52,253 nucleotides of DNA from Candidatus Micrarchaeota archaeon (GCA_026413625.1 JAOAKO010000004.1:1-52253); one strand, 5' to 3'. Counted from the first letter of the stretch, positions 26,714 through 36,618 are shown. A program made the numbers and translations. Notes: generated from the sequence alone by a model not told the origin.

Positions 26714-27892
26714 TCAGTGCAGGAGCATTCCCTCAACAGTTTTTCTTATCCAGTCTTTTGAATATAGAAGCCTTATCAAGGTAGAGTGCCCTCTTATTCC
26801 CTTTCCGGAACTGATAGTCTCAACCAATCCTAATGCCTCAAGTTCTTTGATGTATTCCTTGCACCATCTTGAAGACCTTACCTCGCGTTTCAGCTCCTTG
26901 CAAGTTTTCTGATATGCTTCGTATAGCTCTCCCATCATAAAATACTCGTCATTTTCTTCGTTTAGCTTCTGATACTTGCTGCCCCTTATGGAAAGCAGTG
27001 CGAGGGAGTATAAGACTAGCTGCTGATGCTCCGGAAGTGTGGCAACCGCTTCCATTACTAAATCCTTCTCCACGCTCTTCCTTGCCTCTTCCACATGCCT
27101 GTATGTAACAACATCATCCTTTCTTTCGTCCGCTATTTCTCCAGCGTACATTAAAAGCTTTAATGCGTATCTGGCGTCTCCAGTTTCTCTTGCCGCAATC
27201 GCAGCCGCAAGATTTATTGCGGATGTGTCGCATGAATTCTCATTGAATCCAAGATTAGCCCTATATGTGAGAATTTCCTTAAGCTGTTCTGAGTTGTAAG
27301 GGGGGAACACAACTTCAGATTCGAGCAGTGCGCTTTTGCTTCTGTTGTCAAGCTGATTCTTAAACGATATCTTGTTAGAGATCCCTATTATAGATATTCC
27401 GCCTGCCTTGAGCTCGTCGTTTGCCCTTGTAATAGTATAAATCAGCTCATTAAGATCTTTTATAACGTCAATTTCATCGAGAACTATGATTAGAAATCTA
27501 TTTCCGTTGTTAATCCAACTCATGATTCTTTCATAAAAATGAGAGGGGGGAAACCCGTTCTTTGAAAATCCAACTATGTCATTAGCAAGCTTTTGAAGTA
27601 TCTTATATCTTGTGTTGTACATTCTGCAGTTAATATAATTTATAATCCCATTAGAAGGAAGCTCTTTGAATTGTTTCATTATGTATTTAACGGATGAGGT
27701 TTTTCCGGTTCCGGTCTTTCCATATATAAAAACATTGTTTGGTCGTTTATTCTTAAAAACAGGTGCCATCACCCTCATGATTTTTTCAATTTCCTTTTCC
27801 CTGTGTATTATCTTTTCAGGAAGGTAATGCGGTGAAAGCGCATCTTTGTTTATGAAAACCGATTTTTCTGCAAGGATATCTTTGAAATTCAA
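26714..27892 (-). CDS. cdc6: Orc1/Cdc6 replication initiator
   Basis: L.P.Y.P....HRE, YGKTGTGKT, VLDEID, F.PY...QL..IL..R, GDAR.A, C-terminal wH; TTG start 4 nt after GGTGA. Confidence 0.96.
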   Translation of the reverse strand: MNFKDILAEKSVFINKDALSPHYLPEKIIHREKEIEKIMRVMAPVFKNKRPNNVFIYGKTGTGKTSSVKYIMKQFKELPSNGIINYINCRMYNTRYKILQKLANDIVGFSKNGFPPSHFYERIMSWINNGNRFLIIVLDEIDVIKDLNELIYTITRANDELKAGGISIIGISNKISFKNQLDNRSKSALLESEVVFPPYNSEQLKEILTYRANLGFNENSCDTSAINLAAAIAARETGDARYALKLLMYAGEIADERKDDVVTYRHVEEARKSVEKDLVMEAVATLPEHQQLVLYSLALLSIRGSKYQKLNEENDEYFMMGELYEAYQKTCKELKREVRSSRWCKEYIKELEALGLVETISSGKGIRGHSTLIRLLYSKDWIRKTVEGMLLH

Positions 27893-28300
27893 GTGCTCAC
27901 CCCGATCAAAACCGTGTGAAGAGTGGTTTAATTTGAAGTTTATGCAGTTTATGAAGCTGTTCCACTTCCACTATTCGTATTTTAGCACCTTCCCATGGTC
28001 TCCCACAACCAACAGAAAGGATACGACGATAATTTTCAGCTCTTTTATAGTTTTAATTCCGAATTTTTTCCCACACGTTTTTGACAAAAAAATTTTGCTG
28101 TTTCTTGTTTTGAAAAGAAATATATAAAAAGCTATTTGTGGAAAAAAGTTTGTAAGAAGTAAATTTTTTCAAAATTTTTTTGCTTTTGCGCAAAAATTGT
28201 GAACAGTTGTTGAACCCATCTTGGGTTAAGCATTTAAATTTTACTTCTATAATCATCACTAGGCTTAAAACAAATGTTAATTTTTGATGTTTGTTCGAAT
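27893..28300. promoter_or_regulatory. Candidate replication origin and divergent cdc6/pcn promoter region
   Basis: Largest non-coding gap in the window, upstream of cdc6; A/T tracts; inverted TTTTTTCC(C)ACA motifs at 28064-28075 and 28137-28147. Confidence 0.55.
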
Positions 28301-28310
28301 AGGTGATTTT

Positions 28311-29069
28311 ATCTTCGAAATTACTCTTGACGACGCGAAATTGTGGAAGAAAAGCATGGATGCAATAGTGAATCTTGTAAAGGAAGGTTCGTTTGAGTTT
28401 GACAAAGACGGAATAAGGCTAATGGCCATGGATCCTTCCCAGATATCTATGTTGATATTTAACCTTCCAAGCTCAGCCTTTTCCAGCTATAATGTGTCTG
28501 AAAAGGCAAAATTGGGAATAAACATAGAGGAGTTCAGCAAGATAATGGGAAGAATGAGGACAAAAGAGAAAATGGTTCTCAAATATGACGGATCAAACAA
28601 GCTAGACGTTACATTTATCGCTGAAAAGAGCAGAAGGTCATTTAAGATTCCTATAATAGATGTTACGCCAGGTCCTTCCAAGGCACTACAGATAGAATAC
28701 AACACGCACGTAAAGATGAAGGCCGTGATATTTAAAGAGATATTAAAGGATGTCGCATTAATAAGTCCGCATGTGCTACTTGTTGCAGATGTAAAGAGAT
28801 TTAAGGTTGAAGCAACTGGAGACAATTCTGGAGTAGAAATTGATTATGAGGGAGACGTAGAGGTAAAGGCGGACGGAGTGACGCACGGATTGTTCTCAAG
28901 GGATTACTTAGATGATATGACTAAGGGAAGCGAAGACGATGCAGAATTGACAATTTATTTAGGATCCCCAACGCAAACAGACAAAAGGCCAAAGCCTTTG
29001 AAACTTGAATATAAAATCGGGCCTGCGTCTTTCATATACTTCTTAGCTCCAAGAATCGAGACTGACTAA
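28311..29069 (+). CDS. pcn: DNA polymerase sliding clamp PCNA (probable ATC start)
   Basis: L.AMDPS.ISM, F..DYL, PL.LEY, FLAPRIE; family-typical start xFEITL begins at ATC 28311, 4 nt after AGGTGA. Confidence 0.95.
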   Translation: MFEITLDDAKLWKKSMDAIVNLVKEGSFEFDKDGIRLMAMDPSQISMLIFNLPSSAFSSYNVSEKAKLGINIEEFSKIMGRMRTKEKMVLKYDGSNKLDVTFIAEKSRRSFKIPIIDVTPGPSKALQIEYNTHVKMKAVIFKEILKDVALISPHVLLVADVKRFKVEATGDNSGVEIDYEGDVEVKADGVTHGLFSRDYLDDMTKGSEDDAELTIYLGSPTQTDKRPKPLKLEYKIGPASFIYFLAPRIETD

Positions 29070-29116
29070 GGTTAATTTTTCGAAACCTTTAAATTCCCTG
29101 ACTGACATATTTTATT

Positions 29117-29959
29117 ATGCCTGAAAAGGAAAAAGAAGGTAAAAAGAGAATAGAGAGAGGAGAAGAAACAAAACAGAACAAACCATCACTCTGGAGCAGA
29201 ATAAAGAAGCCGTTGCTTACAGGAGTAATGGCAGCCGGGCTTTTAATTGCTCCAATGAAGAAGGCGGAAGGAGTAGGTTTCAAAGATATAAGAGGTCCGC
29301 CAATTTATATGGAGAGCGTAATCGAGAAGGATAAAGATTTAAGAACAGGATGGAAATTAATAAGAAAGGTATACGACGATCTAACAGGAAAAGAGATGGT
29401 AGACGATAATGTTGCCAAGTCATATCTGAAGTATGCAATAAACCATTATAAGAAAGTTTATGAAAAAACAGGTAAAGTTGGGGCTTTTTATTTATCTGCT
29501 TACGGAGAATATTTGAATTCACAATACGATCCAACTTTAGAGGGAACCGAAAAGATCTGCCTCGAAGTAGTAAAAGAAATGGATAAAATATTGGAAAAAA
29601 ACCCAAATGATTTTCATGCGTTAGATCTAAAGATATTTACTTATTTTAATCTCGCAAAGATGTATTACGATGCCCATAATTTAGATCCTCTTTATGTTAG
29701 AGAAAGGTGGATTGATTATGGAAAATTAGAAGAGGGTATCTATAAGAAAAAAGTTCGGGAATACGCCGATAAATTTTTCGAAATGTACAAAAAATTAGAT
29801 TTCAGCAAGATTGGGTTCAAATCATTCGATTTGGAAAAAGTCTATTCCGAGGAGGAAATCGCAAATGCGCTGAGGGATTATAAGTCTGGGCTTGCAGATT
29901 GCAATAAACTTATTTTGGAGATGTTGGATAAACTTAAGATGTTGGATAACCTTAAATAG
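29117..29959 (+). CDS. Hypothetical exported helical (TPR-like) protein
   Basis: Charged leader plus hydrophobic signal ending AEG; IL.KNP.D..AL TPR-like segment. Confidence 0.65.
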   Translation: MPEKEKEGKKRIERGEETKQNKPSLWSRIKKPLLTGVMAAGLLIAPMKKAEGVGFKDIRGPPIYMESVIEKDKDLRTGWKLIRKVYDDLTGKEMVDDNVAKSYLKYAINHYKKVYEKTGKVGAFYLSAYGEYLNSQYDPTLEGTEKICLEVVKEMDKILEKNPNDFHALDLKIFTYFNLAKMYYDAHNLDPLYVRERWIDYGKLEEGIYKKKVREYADKFFEMYKKLDFSKIGFKSFDLEKVYSEEEIANALRDYKSGLADCNKLILEMLDKLKMLDNLK

Positions 29960-30036
29960 TTTTATGGTAAATTTGATGCATGTTGATACTGTTTCACTTA
30001 AATTCAAAGGAACCATATAATAATCAAAAATTTTCA

Positions 30037-31827
30037 ATGCCAAATCTCTCTTCTTTTTCTAATCAAATTCCAGTTATTGTAAACACCACATCCGATGAAA
30101 TCCAGCATGTATTAGAAATGCTTAAGAAGGAAAATATCAAGATAGAGCTGGATGACATCTTTGAGAGGTTTATTGAAAGCAGGGAATTGGGAGAAGAGAA
30201 AGAAAGCGAAGAAGAGGAGGAGAAAGAGGAAGAGAAGTTAAAAGAAAAGGAATGGGGGGTGGAGGAAGAGGTTAAGGAGAAAGTTAAGGAGGCTGAAGAG
30301 AGGATAATCAAGATATTAGAAGAGTCATCCGAAAGGATAGCAGAGTTAATAGAGCAGGATATGCTGTCTACTGAAAATATTAAGGAAAATATAGAGATTT
30401 TATCCTCAGTATCGGAGTACATTGGGCTTAAAGAGGCTGTAGAAGAGATAGAGGAGAAGCTGAAAGAAGAAAAAGTAGAAGAGGCGATGGAAATAATAAG
30501 AGAGCAAAATGAAAGAATAAGGGAAGAGGCAGATAACTTAAAGGAAGCAATAGATAAAATTGAGGATCTGGAAAAGGAAAAGGCAGGAATAGGGAAGATA
30601 TCTGAGGAATTGAGCAAGCTTACTGAAAAGTCGCACCCATTGGATGAAGAGATAGAAAATATATCCGATGCCCTTAAGCACTTAAAAGAAGGCGGAGTGC
30701 TTTCAAAAGAAATAGCTGATTCGCTACTACAAGAGCTGAAGGCAAAACAGAAAATTCATGAAAATATAATCAAAAAGATAAGGGAAGCAGTAACAAGCAT
30801 AGAAAAAACTCCCGAGGAAAAGAGAGAGGCCGAGATAAAAGGCTTAATCAAAGAAATACGTCATGGAATAACTGAAATAGAGGCGTTGTCAAGAAGAATA
30901 GAGAGAATAACCTCAGAGGTAGTAAAAAACATAGAAAAGGAAATAGACAATTTTGTTCCAAAATTCTTCAGAAAGGAAGATCTTCACGAGGTAATCAAAA
31001 AAATATGGATAAATTCCACTATAGATTTCATAAGAGACAAAATAATGCGGGCGAGCATGAGAAAGGAGAGCGAAGAGAGAACTGAGAAAAGAGCGAAAAT
31101 CGAAGCCGAGGAAAAGTATTGGAGCGAAAAGCTCGCTTCTTTAATTCCAGAGTTAAATTCTCCGCTCCATATATTTGACAGAAAGCTGAAGTCCATATTA
31201 AAGCCAGCCGAATATAAAGAGGCTGTTTTACACTCCCACAGGGCATTGATTTCCTATCTGGACAAGTTCTCATACGAATTGGAGGAGATATACGTAAACT
31301 CGTTTGTCTTCGGCAAGAAGCAGCTTAGAGTGGAGCAGATTGTTGAGAATTTGGAAAAGAAGGCAGAAGCATTGAGTATATCTCAAAAAGACATTGCAAA
31401 GATCGAAAACCTGCTTGAAAAAAATGATTTGAAAGCACTTTCAGAATATATCGATGAATTAAAATTCAGCAAGATGCGTTCGAGAATATTAGTCAAAAAT
31501 AGAAGGAGGCATAGTAACAGTACAAGCAGAATGCTGATTAAGGATCTCTTGCAGCAGCTCTATGCCGCTAACTATCCTATATATTTAGCAAAGTCTCTCT
31601 CGAGTGCAGTGAAAGACGGGAAAAAAGCCGGCAAGAAAAATTCAGTCTCTGACCGCAGAAAAATAGAAATTTTAGTTAAGAATATACATAGCCAAATAAT
31701 GGAGATCGAAAAGGCAAAGTCACATGCCGCTTCCGACTCATTGAACAGATCGCATATTCATAATCTTGCCAAATGCCTTTCAAAAAGTTATATCTGTTTA
31801 GGATGCTGCGATAAACTTTCTTCCTAA
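30037..31827 (+). CDS. Hypothetical Glu/Lys-rich coiled-coil protein
   Basis: Long ORF with poly-E/K tracts and heptads; start uncertain (29980 or 30037). Confidence 0.65.
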   Translation: MPNLSSFSNQIPVIVNTTSDEIQHVLEMLKKENIKIELDDIFERFIESRELGEEKESEEEEEKEEEKLKEKEWGVEEEVKEKVKEAEERIIKILEESSERIAELIEQDMLSTENIKENIEILSSVSEYIGLKEAVEEIEEKLKEEKVEEAMEIIREQNERIREEADNLKEAIDKIEDLEKEKAGIGKISEELSKLTEKSHPLDEEIENISDALKHLKEGGVLSKEIADSLLQELKAKQKIHENIIKKIREAVTSIEKTPEEKREAEIKGLIKEIRHGITEIEALSRRIERITSEVVKNIEKEIDNFVPKFFRKEDLHEVIKKIWINSTIDFIRDKIMRASMRKESEERTEKRAKIEAEEKYWSEKLASLIPELNSPLHIFDRKLKSILKPAEYKEAVLHSHRALISYLDKFSYELEEIYVNSFVFGKKQLRVEQIVENLEKKAEALSISQKDIAKIENLLEKNDLKALSEYIDELKFSKMRSRILVKNRRRHSNSTSRMLIKDLLQQLYAANYPIYLAKSLSSAVKDGKKAGKKNSVSDRRKIEILVKNIHSQIMEIEKAKSHAASDSLNRSHIHNLAKCLSKSYICLGCCDKLSS

Positions 31828-31882
31828 ATAGTGAAGAGAAATCTTTATATTTCTCATCATGTTCTCTTATATTGCTGATATC

Positions 31883-33106
31883 ATGGAATCTAAACTGTCT
31901 TCTTATGCCATAATCGGGGCTGGAGGTAAAGGGGAAAGAATGGGCTGCAACAAGCAGCTCCTGGAGCTAAAGGGAAAGCCGATAGTGATCAGAACATTGG
32001 AGGCATTCGACCAGCATCCTTTAGTTGACGGAATAATCCTTGTAAGGCCAGCAGAGCTTGAAAATGAATTCAGAAATCTAATCAAAAAATACGAAATCAA
32101 AAAGATTGCGGACATAGCAGATGCTGGCCCTGAGCGTCAGTATTCCATGTACAACGGCCTTCAGAAAGTCAAGAACTGCAGTGTTGTCTTGTTTCACAAT
32201 GGGGCAAATCCGCTTGTAACAGAAAGAGAAATAACCGAGTGCATAAAAGAGGCCTACAACCATGGGGCCGCAGTAGTTGCGTCTCCAGTCAAAGACACAA
32301 TAAAGAGAGTCAAAGATATGCTTGTAAAAGAAACGCTAAGGAGGTCTGAACTTTGGGCGATGCAGACGCCCCAAGCCATAAGATATGAAATCGCAGTAAA
32401 GGCATACGAACATGTGATAAAAGGAAATATTCAGTGTACGGACGATGTGCAAGCCGTAGAGCTCTTTGATAGTTCAGTCACAATTAAGATAGTCCAGGCG
32501 TCTCCGCAAAATATCAAACTCACCACCCCTGCGGACGTTTTGATTGCAGAGAGGTTTCTTGACCCAAGCGAGTCTAGGTCTTATTGCGAAACAGTATTTG
32601 GAATAGGGGAAGATTCGCATGAGTTTATGAAAGAAGCTGAAAAAATAGCAGAAGACAATGAAAAACAAATAAACAAGTGCCTTGTGCTTGGTGGAGTAGT
32701 AATCTCAAGCGAAATGGCATTCAAAGCAAACAGCGATGGAGATGCAGTTCTGCATGCGATCTCTAGGGCAATTCTTTCCGCAATAAACGGCCCATCCATA
32801 GATTTCTTTGCGGACGATCTCGCAAAGAAAGGGCAGATAGACAGCAGAATATATCTCAAATCTATTTTGGCATACTCAAAGGAAAAGGGCTTTGTTCCAA
32901 ACGAGGCAAGAATTATAATTGAGGCAGGAAAACCAAAATTAACATACCACTTGGAAAAGATAAAGGAAAACATAGCTTTTCTCCTTGGGATAGATAAAGA
33001 AAAGGTAGGTTTGGCAGTTCATTCAGGGGAGAAACTATCTCTTTTTGGTCATGGGAAGGGAGTAAGGGCATTCGCCTTTGTCTCAATGAAGAAGATAGGT
33101 AATTAA
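31883..33106 (+). CDS. ispDF: Bifunctional IspD/IspF (MEP cytidylyltransferase fused to MEcPP synthase)
   Basis: IspD: AGGKGERMG..KQ, G.ERQ.S..NGL, HNGANP, DTIK, QTPQ, TDD, NIK.TTP.D. IspF: GIG.DSH, L.LGGV, NSDGD..LHA, PKL, I..N.A..L, GE.L...G.G.G. Confidence 0.9.
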   Translation: MESKLSSYAIIGAGGKGERMGCNKQLLELKGKPIVIRTLEAFDQHPLVDGIILVRPAELENEFRNLIKKYEIKKIADIADAGPERQYSMYNGLQKVKNCSVVLFHNGANPLVTEREITECIKEAYNHGAAVVASPVKDTIKRVKDMLVKETLRRSELWAMQTPQAIRYEIAVKAYEHVIKGNIQCTDDVQAVELFDSSVTIKIVQASPQNIKLTTPADVLIAERFLDPSESRSYCETVFGIGEDSHEFMKEAEKIAEDNEKQINKCLVLGGVVISSEMAFKANSDGDAVLHAISRAILSAINGPSIDFFADDLAKKGQIDSRIYLKSILAYSKEKGFVPNEARIIIEAGKPKLTYHLEKIKENIAFLLGIDKEKVGLAVHSGEKLSLFGHGKGVRAFAFVSMKKIGN

Positions 33107-33184
33107 ACCAACAGAATACGAATATAGAAATATTTAATAAATTTAATTTCCATATTTAATAGCTATTTATAAGATAGTGAGCGC

Positions 33185-36100
33185 ATGGCGACCATTCAGG
33201 AGATTACCTTACGAAATTTCAAGTCATTTAAGGCAGTGAAGATTCCTTTATCCAAAGGTTTCAATGCCATAATAGGTCCAAATGGAAGCGGGAAAAGCAA
33301 TATCTGCGATGCAATCCGTTTTCTATTCGGTGAAACAAGCCTTTCAGCATTAAGGGCGAGGTCTGTGAATGATCTAATCTACGGCGGCGGGGAAAGAGCA
33401 ACTATTTCTATGAAATTGACGGACATTTCAAATAAGGACATTCTAAATGAACAGAGCGGAAACGGGACGATAGAAATAGTAAGAAAATTAAAGAAGGACG
33501 GAGGAACAGCATACTGGCTTAATGGAAAGAGAACCACAAAGAGCGTTGTGATGGATTTCCTCGCTTCTGAGGGTTTGGAAGTGAGCTCTCACAATGTGAT
33601 CGCCCAGGGAGAAGTTGATAAGATAGTGAGATTCACGGCTAAGCAAAGGAGAGAGGTAATAGATGAGATTGCGGGAGTCGCAGAGTACGAGGAGAAGAAA
33701 AAGGAAGCGCTAAGCGAGCTTAGCAAGGTCGACCAAAGGCTTAACGAAGCAGCAGTGGTAATGAATGAGCGAGAAGGAATCCTTCAAGAACTTGAAAAGG
33801 AAAAGGATGCGGCACTTAAATATATGGCCTTGAAGGACGAGCAAAGGCGACTGAAAGGAACGATTATACTTAATCAGTACTTGAGGCATGAGAAGGAATT
33901 TGAGGGGTTGGTGAAAAAGCTTACGGAAATTGAAAAGCAGTTTGCTGAGATCGAGCAGCAAATGCAGGAATTCCAAAAGAAACTTCAGATGCTGGATGCG
34001 AATAAAAACGAAATAGCGAATAAAATCGCATCAAAGGACCAAAGAAACATTTATGCAGAGGTAGAGGATTTAAGAAACAAAAAAATGCTTAACGAATCTT
34101 TAATAATAGAGAAAGATACGTCTTTACAGAGATTAGATGCTGAAATTGCAAAGCTAACCCAGGAAATGGGCGACATCGATTCAAAGCTTTCAACGTTTAC
34201 AGGTTCGAAGAGGGCAGCCGCAACGAGGGCGGTCGAGCTGAAGAAGCTTATCGAAAGCTTGAATGAGCAGAAAAAGAAGGTTGCGAAAGAATGGGAGGAA
34301 AAGAGAAAGAATTTCGGCCTTTTCGATACCAAATTTGACGAGCTAAGGAAGAGGGAAATAAAGCTCAAGGAGGAAATAGCGAAATTAAACGCAAAGCTTG
34401 ATGTTTCTTCCGGAAACAAAGATGAGAAGAAGTTAGTTAATGAGTTAAGAGAAATTAAGTCTGCGATAGAAAGGAACAACGCAGAGCTCGAGAGGCTCTT
34501 CAAGAAAGAAAAGGATCTAAATTCTCTGATAAGGGAGCTTGATTCTAAGATACTTGAACTTAAGGAGGATCTCGCGACAGCAAGAGGTTCCGGAAACGCG
34601 ATTCCTCAATCAATCTCATTCATTTTAAGCTTAAAAGATGAGATACCTGGAATATATGGAACTGTTGCAGAGCTTTATGATGTCGACAAGAAGTTCTCGA
34701 TAGCAACAGAATCTGCGGCAGGACAGAGGCTTTTCCATATCGTTGTCCAAGACATGGAGACTGCGACAAAGATAATCAAGAGAATGAAGCAAAGCAATGT
34801 TGGAAGAGCAACTTTCATACCTCTGGATGTTAAAACCCCTGAGAAGGGATCTGAACAAAAGGGAACATACGGATCCATACTCAACCTGATAAAATTCGAC
34901 AAGAAATTTGCAAACGTATTTCTCTATGTATTCGGAAACACTCATGTTGTAAACTCTGTAGATGATTTCAAGTCCCATCCAGGACTAAGAATGGTGACTC
35001 TTGACGGAGACCTTGCCGAGACTTCAGGAGTCGTCTCTGGTGGAACTTCTATAAAGAGGTCTTTAAGGGACTCTTTGAAGTCAAATCAGATTGAGAAGGA
35101 GCTTAGCGAACTTAAGGCAACTAGAGAGGGCCACATTTCACAGCTATATAATCTTAATGAGCAGATGGCAATACTTAGAAAGCAAATAGCAAAGGATGAA
35201 ATCAGAAAGAAAGAATTGGAATTAGAGATGGGGGCGGTTTCCAATGAAGACCTTTCAGAGGTAAGGAGGCTGCTCTCCGAAAAAGAGCTCGATCTTCAAG
35301 ACCTTGAAAGAGAAATGCTAAATTTAGAGGGAGAGAAGGCAAGGATAAGAATTGCAATAGAGCAGGGAGAGGGAGAAAAGGAGATAGCAAGACTAGACAA
35401 TGAGATAATGCAGTATTCAACCGAGCTTTCCGCTCTCGAAGAAAAGCTAAAGAGCCAGGATTCTATAATTCTCGAGGAGAGGCTGTCCGCAATCAAATCT
35501 TCTCTGGAGAAGTTAACTTCTGAAAGGGAGGAAATCAAGAAAGCAATAAGTGATCTGAATTCCAAGTTGAAACAAATAACCAAGCAGCTCGAGGCCAAGG
35601 AAGAAAAAATAAGGGACGCAAGCAAGGAATTGGAAAAGCTTTATGCGGAGAGCAAGGCGATTCAAGACGAAATGGACTTGATTAACCAGGAGAGAGGAAA
35701 ATTAATAAGGCGACAGGAAAGGCTTAAGGAGGACAAGATAAGGTTCACTGTTTCAAAAGAAACAATACAAACAAGACTTGCCGACTTGAAAATTGAGGCA
35801 GACCAGTATAAAGACATTCAACCTTTAGAGATGAAGAAAGAAGAGTTGGAAAAGAGGCTTGGAGAGGTCGAATTGGAAATAAACGGAATGGGTTCTGTCA
35901 ACCTTAAGGCTCCAGAGACATACAAGGAGAAATATGAGGAATTTAAGGTAATAAAAGAGAAAGTCGACATACTTTCAAATGAAAAGAACTCAATACTAAG
36001 CATGATAGAGGAGATAGAGAAAAGGAAGAAAGAGATATTTATGTCAACATTTATAGAAGTGAACAAGCATTTCCAAAAGATGGCGCTTTCTCTATTTGGA

Positions 36101-36562
36101 AACGAGGCTACGCTGGCATTGGAGAATGAGGCCAATCCGTTCGAAGGCGGTCTGCACATAATAATGAAAGTAGGGAAGAGGCAGCGCCATATAGAGGGCA
36201 TGTCCGGAGGGGAGAAGTCACTTTTGACTATTGCGTTTGTATTCGCAATTCATATGTATAAACCATCAAAATTCTACATTCTTGACGAGGTCGAAGCTGC
36301 GCTTGACAAGGAAAACAGCAAGAGGTTTGCGCAGCTTGTAAGCTCATTGTCAAAAGATACCCAGTTTATAGTAGTTTCGCATAACGATGTGGTTATAACC
36401 TCGGCCGATGCCGCATTAGGTGTTGCAAAGACGAGACTGGGTTCAAAGATACTCAGCATCAAGCTTTTGCCTGATTCAAGTTCCGATTCGCCTAAGATTG
36501 TATCCGAAGAAATAGAACCTATGGACGAAGAGGAGCGAGATGAAAAAGATGACGAATACTGA
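33185..36562 (+). CDS. smc: Chromosome segregation protein SMC
   Basis: NFKSF, GPNGSGKSN, hinge (G.YG.V.EL; GRATFIPL; VTLDG), MSGGEK, LDEVEAALD. Confidence 0.97.
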   Translation: MATIQEITLRNFKSFKAVKIPLSKGFNAIIGPNGSGKSNICDAIRFLFGETSLSALRARSVNDLIYGGGERATISMKLTDISNKDILNEQSGNGTIEIVRKLKKDGGTAYWLNGKRTTKSVVMDFLASEGLEVSSHNVIAQGEVDKIVRFTAKQRREVIDEIAGVAEYEEKKKEALSELSKVDQRLNEAAVVMNEREGILQELEKEKDAALKYMALKDEQRRLKGTIILNQYLRHEKEFEGLVKKLTEIEKQFAEIEQQMQEFQKKLQMLDANKNEIANKIASKDQRNIYAEVEDLRNKKMLNESLIIEKDTSLQRLDAEIAKLTQEMGDIDSKLSTFTGSKRAAATRAVELKKLIESLNEQKKKVAKEWEEKRKNFGLFDTKFDELRKREIKLKEEIAKLNAKLDVSSGNKDEKKLVNELREIKSAIERNNAELERLFKKEKDLNSLIRELDSKILELKEDLATARGSGNAIPQSISFILSLKDEIPGIYGTVAELYDVDKKFSIATESAAGQRLFHIVVQDMETATKIIKRMKQSNVGRATFIPLDVKTPEKGSEQKGTYGSILNLIKFDKKFANVFLYVFGNTHVVNSVDDFKSHPGLRMVTLDGDLAETSGVVSGGTSIKRSLRDSLKSNQIEKELSELKATREGHISQLYNLNEQMAILRKQIAKDEIRKKELELEMGAVSNEDLSEVRRLLSEKELDLQDLEREMLNLEGEKARIRIAIEQGEGEKEIARLDNEIMQYSTELSALEEKLKSQDSIILEERLSAIKSSLEKLTSEREEIKKAISDLNSKLKQITKQLEAKEEKIRDASKELEKLYAESKAIQDEMDLINQERGKLIRRQERLKEDKIRFTVSKETIQTRLADLKIEADQYKDIQPLEMKKEELEKRLGEVELEINGMGSVNLKAPETYKEKYEEFKVIKEKVDILSNEKNSILSMIEEIEKRKKEIFMSTFIEVNKHFQKMALSLFGNEATLALENEANPFEGGLHIIMKVGKRQRHIEGMSGGEKSLLTIAFVFAIHMYKPSKFYILDEVEAALDKENSKRFAQLVSSLSKDTQFIVVSHNDVVITSADAALGVAKTRLGSKILSIKLLPDSSSDSPKIVSEEIEPMDEEERDEKDDEY

Positions 36563-36618
36563 TCTAATTCATCTAGGCATAGATTAAAATTTATTTTTGT
36601 ATAATTATTCTTGATTAG

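Noticed and set aside
27846..28259. ORFs 27846..28127 (+) and 28053..28259 (-)
   Set aside because: Low-complexity F/K-rich translations of A/T tracts in the putative origin, with no SD or motif.
28284..28310. ORF-track N-terminal extension of PCNA (MMFVRIGDF)
   Set aside because: No SD upstream, it runs through the AGGTGA SD, and it does not resemble PCNA N-termini; kept only as the alternative hypothesis.
30063..30617. Long antisense Ser/Phe/Leu-rich ORFs here and within smc, pheS and others
   Set aside because: Expected antisense products of Glu/Lys-rich coding strands; no independent coding signal.
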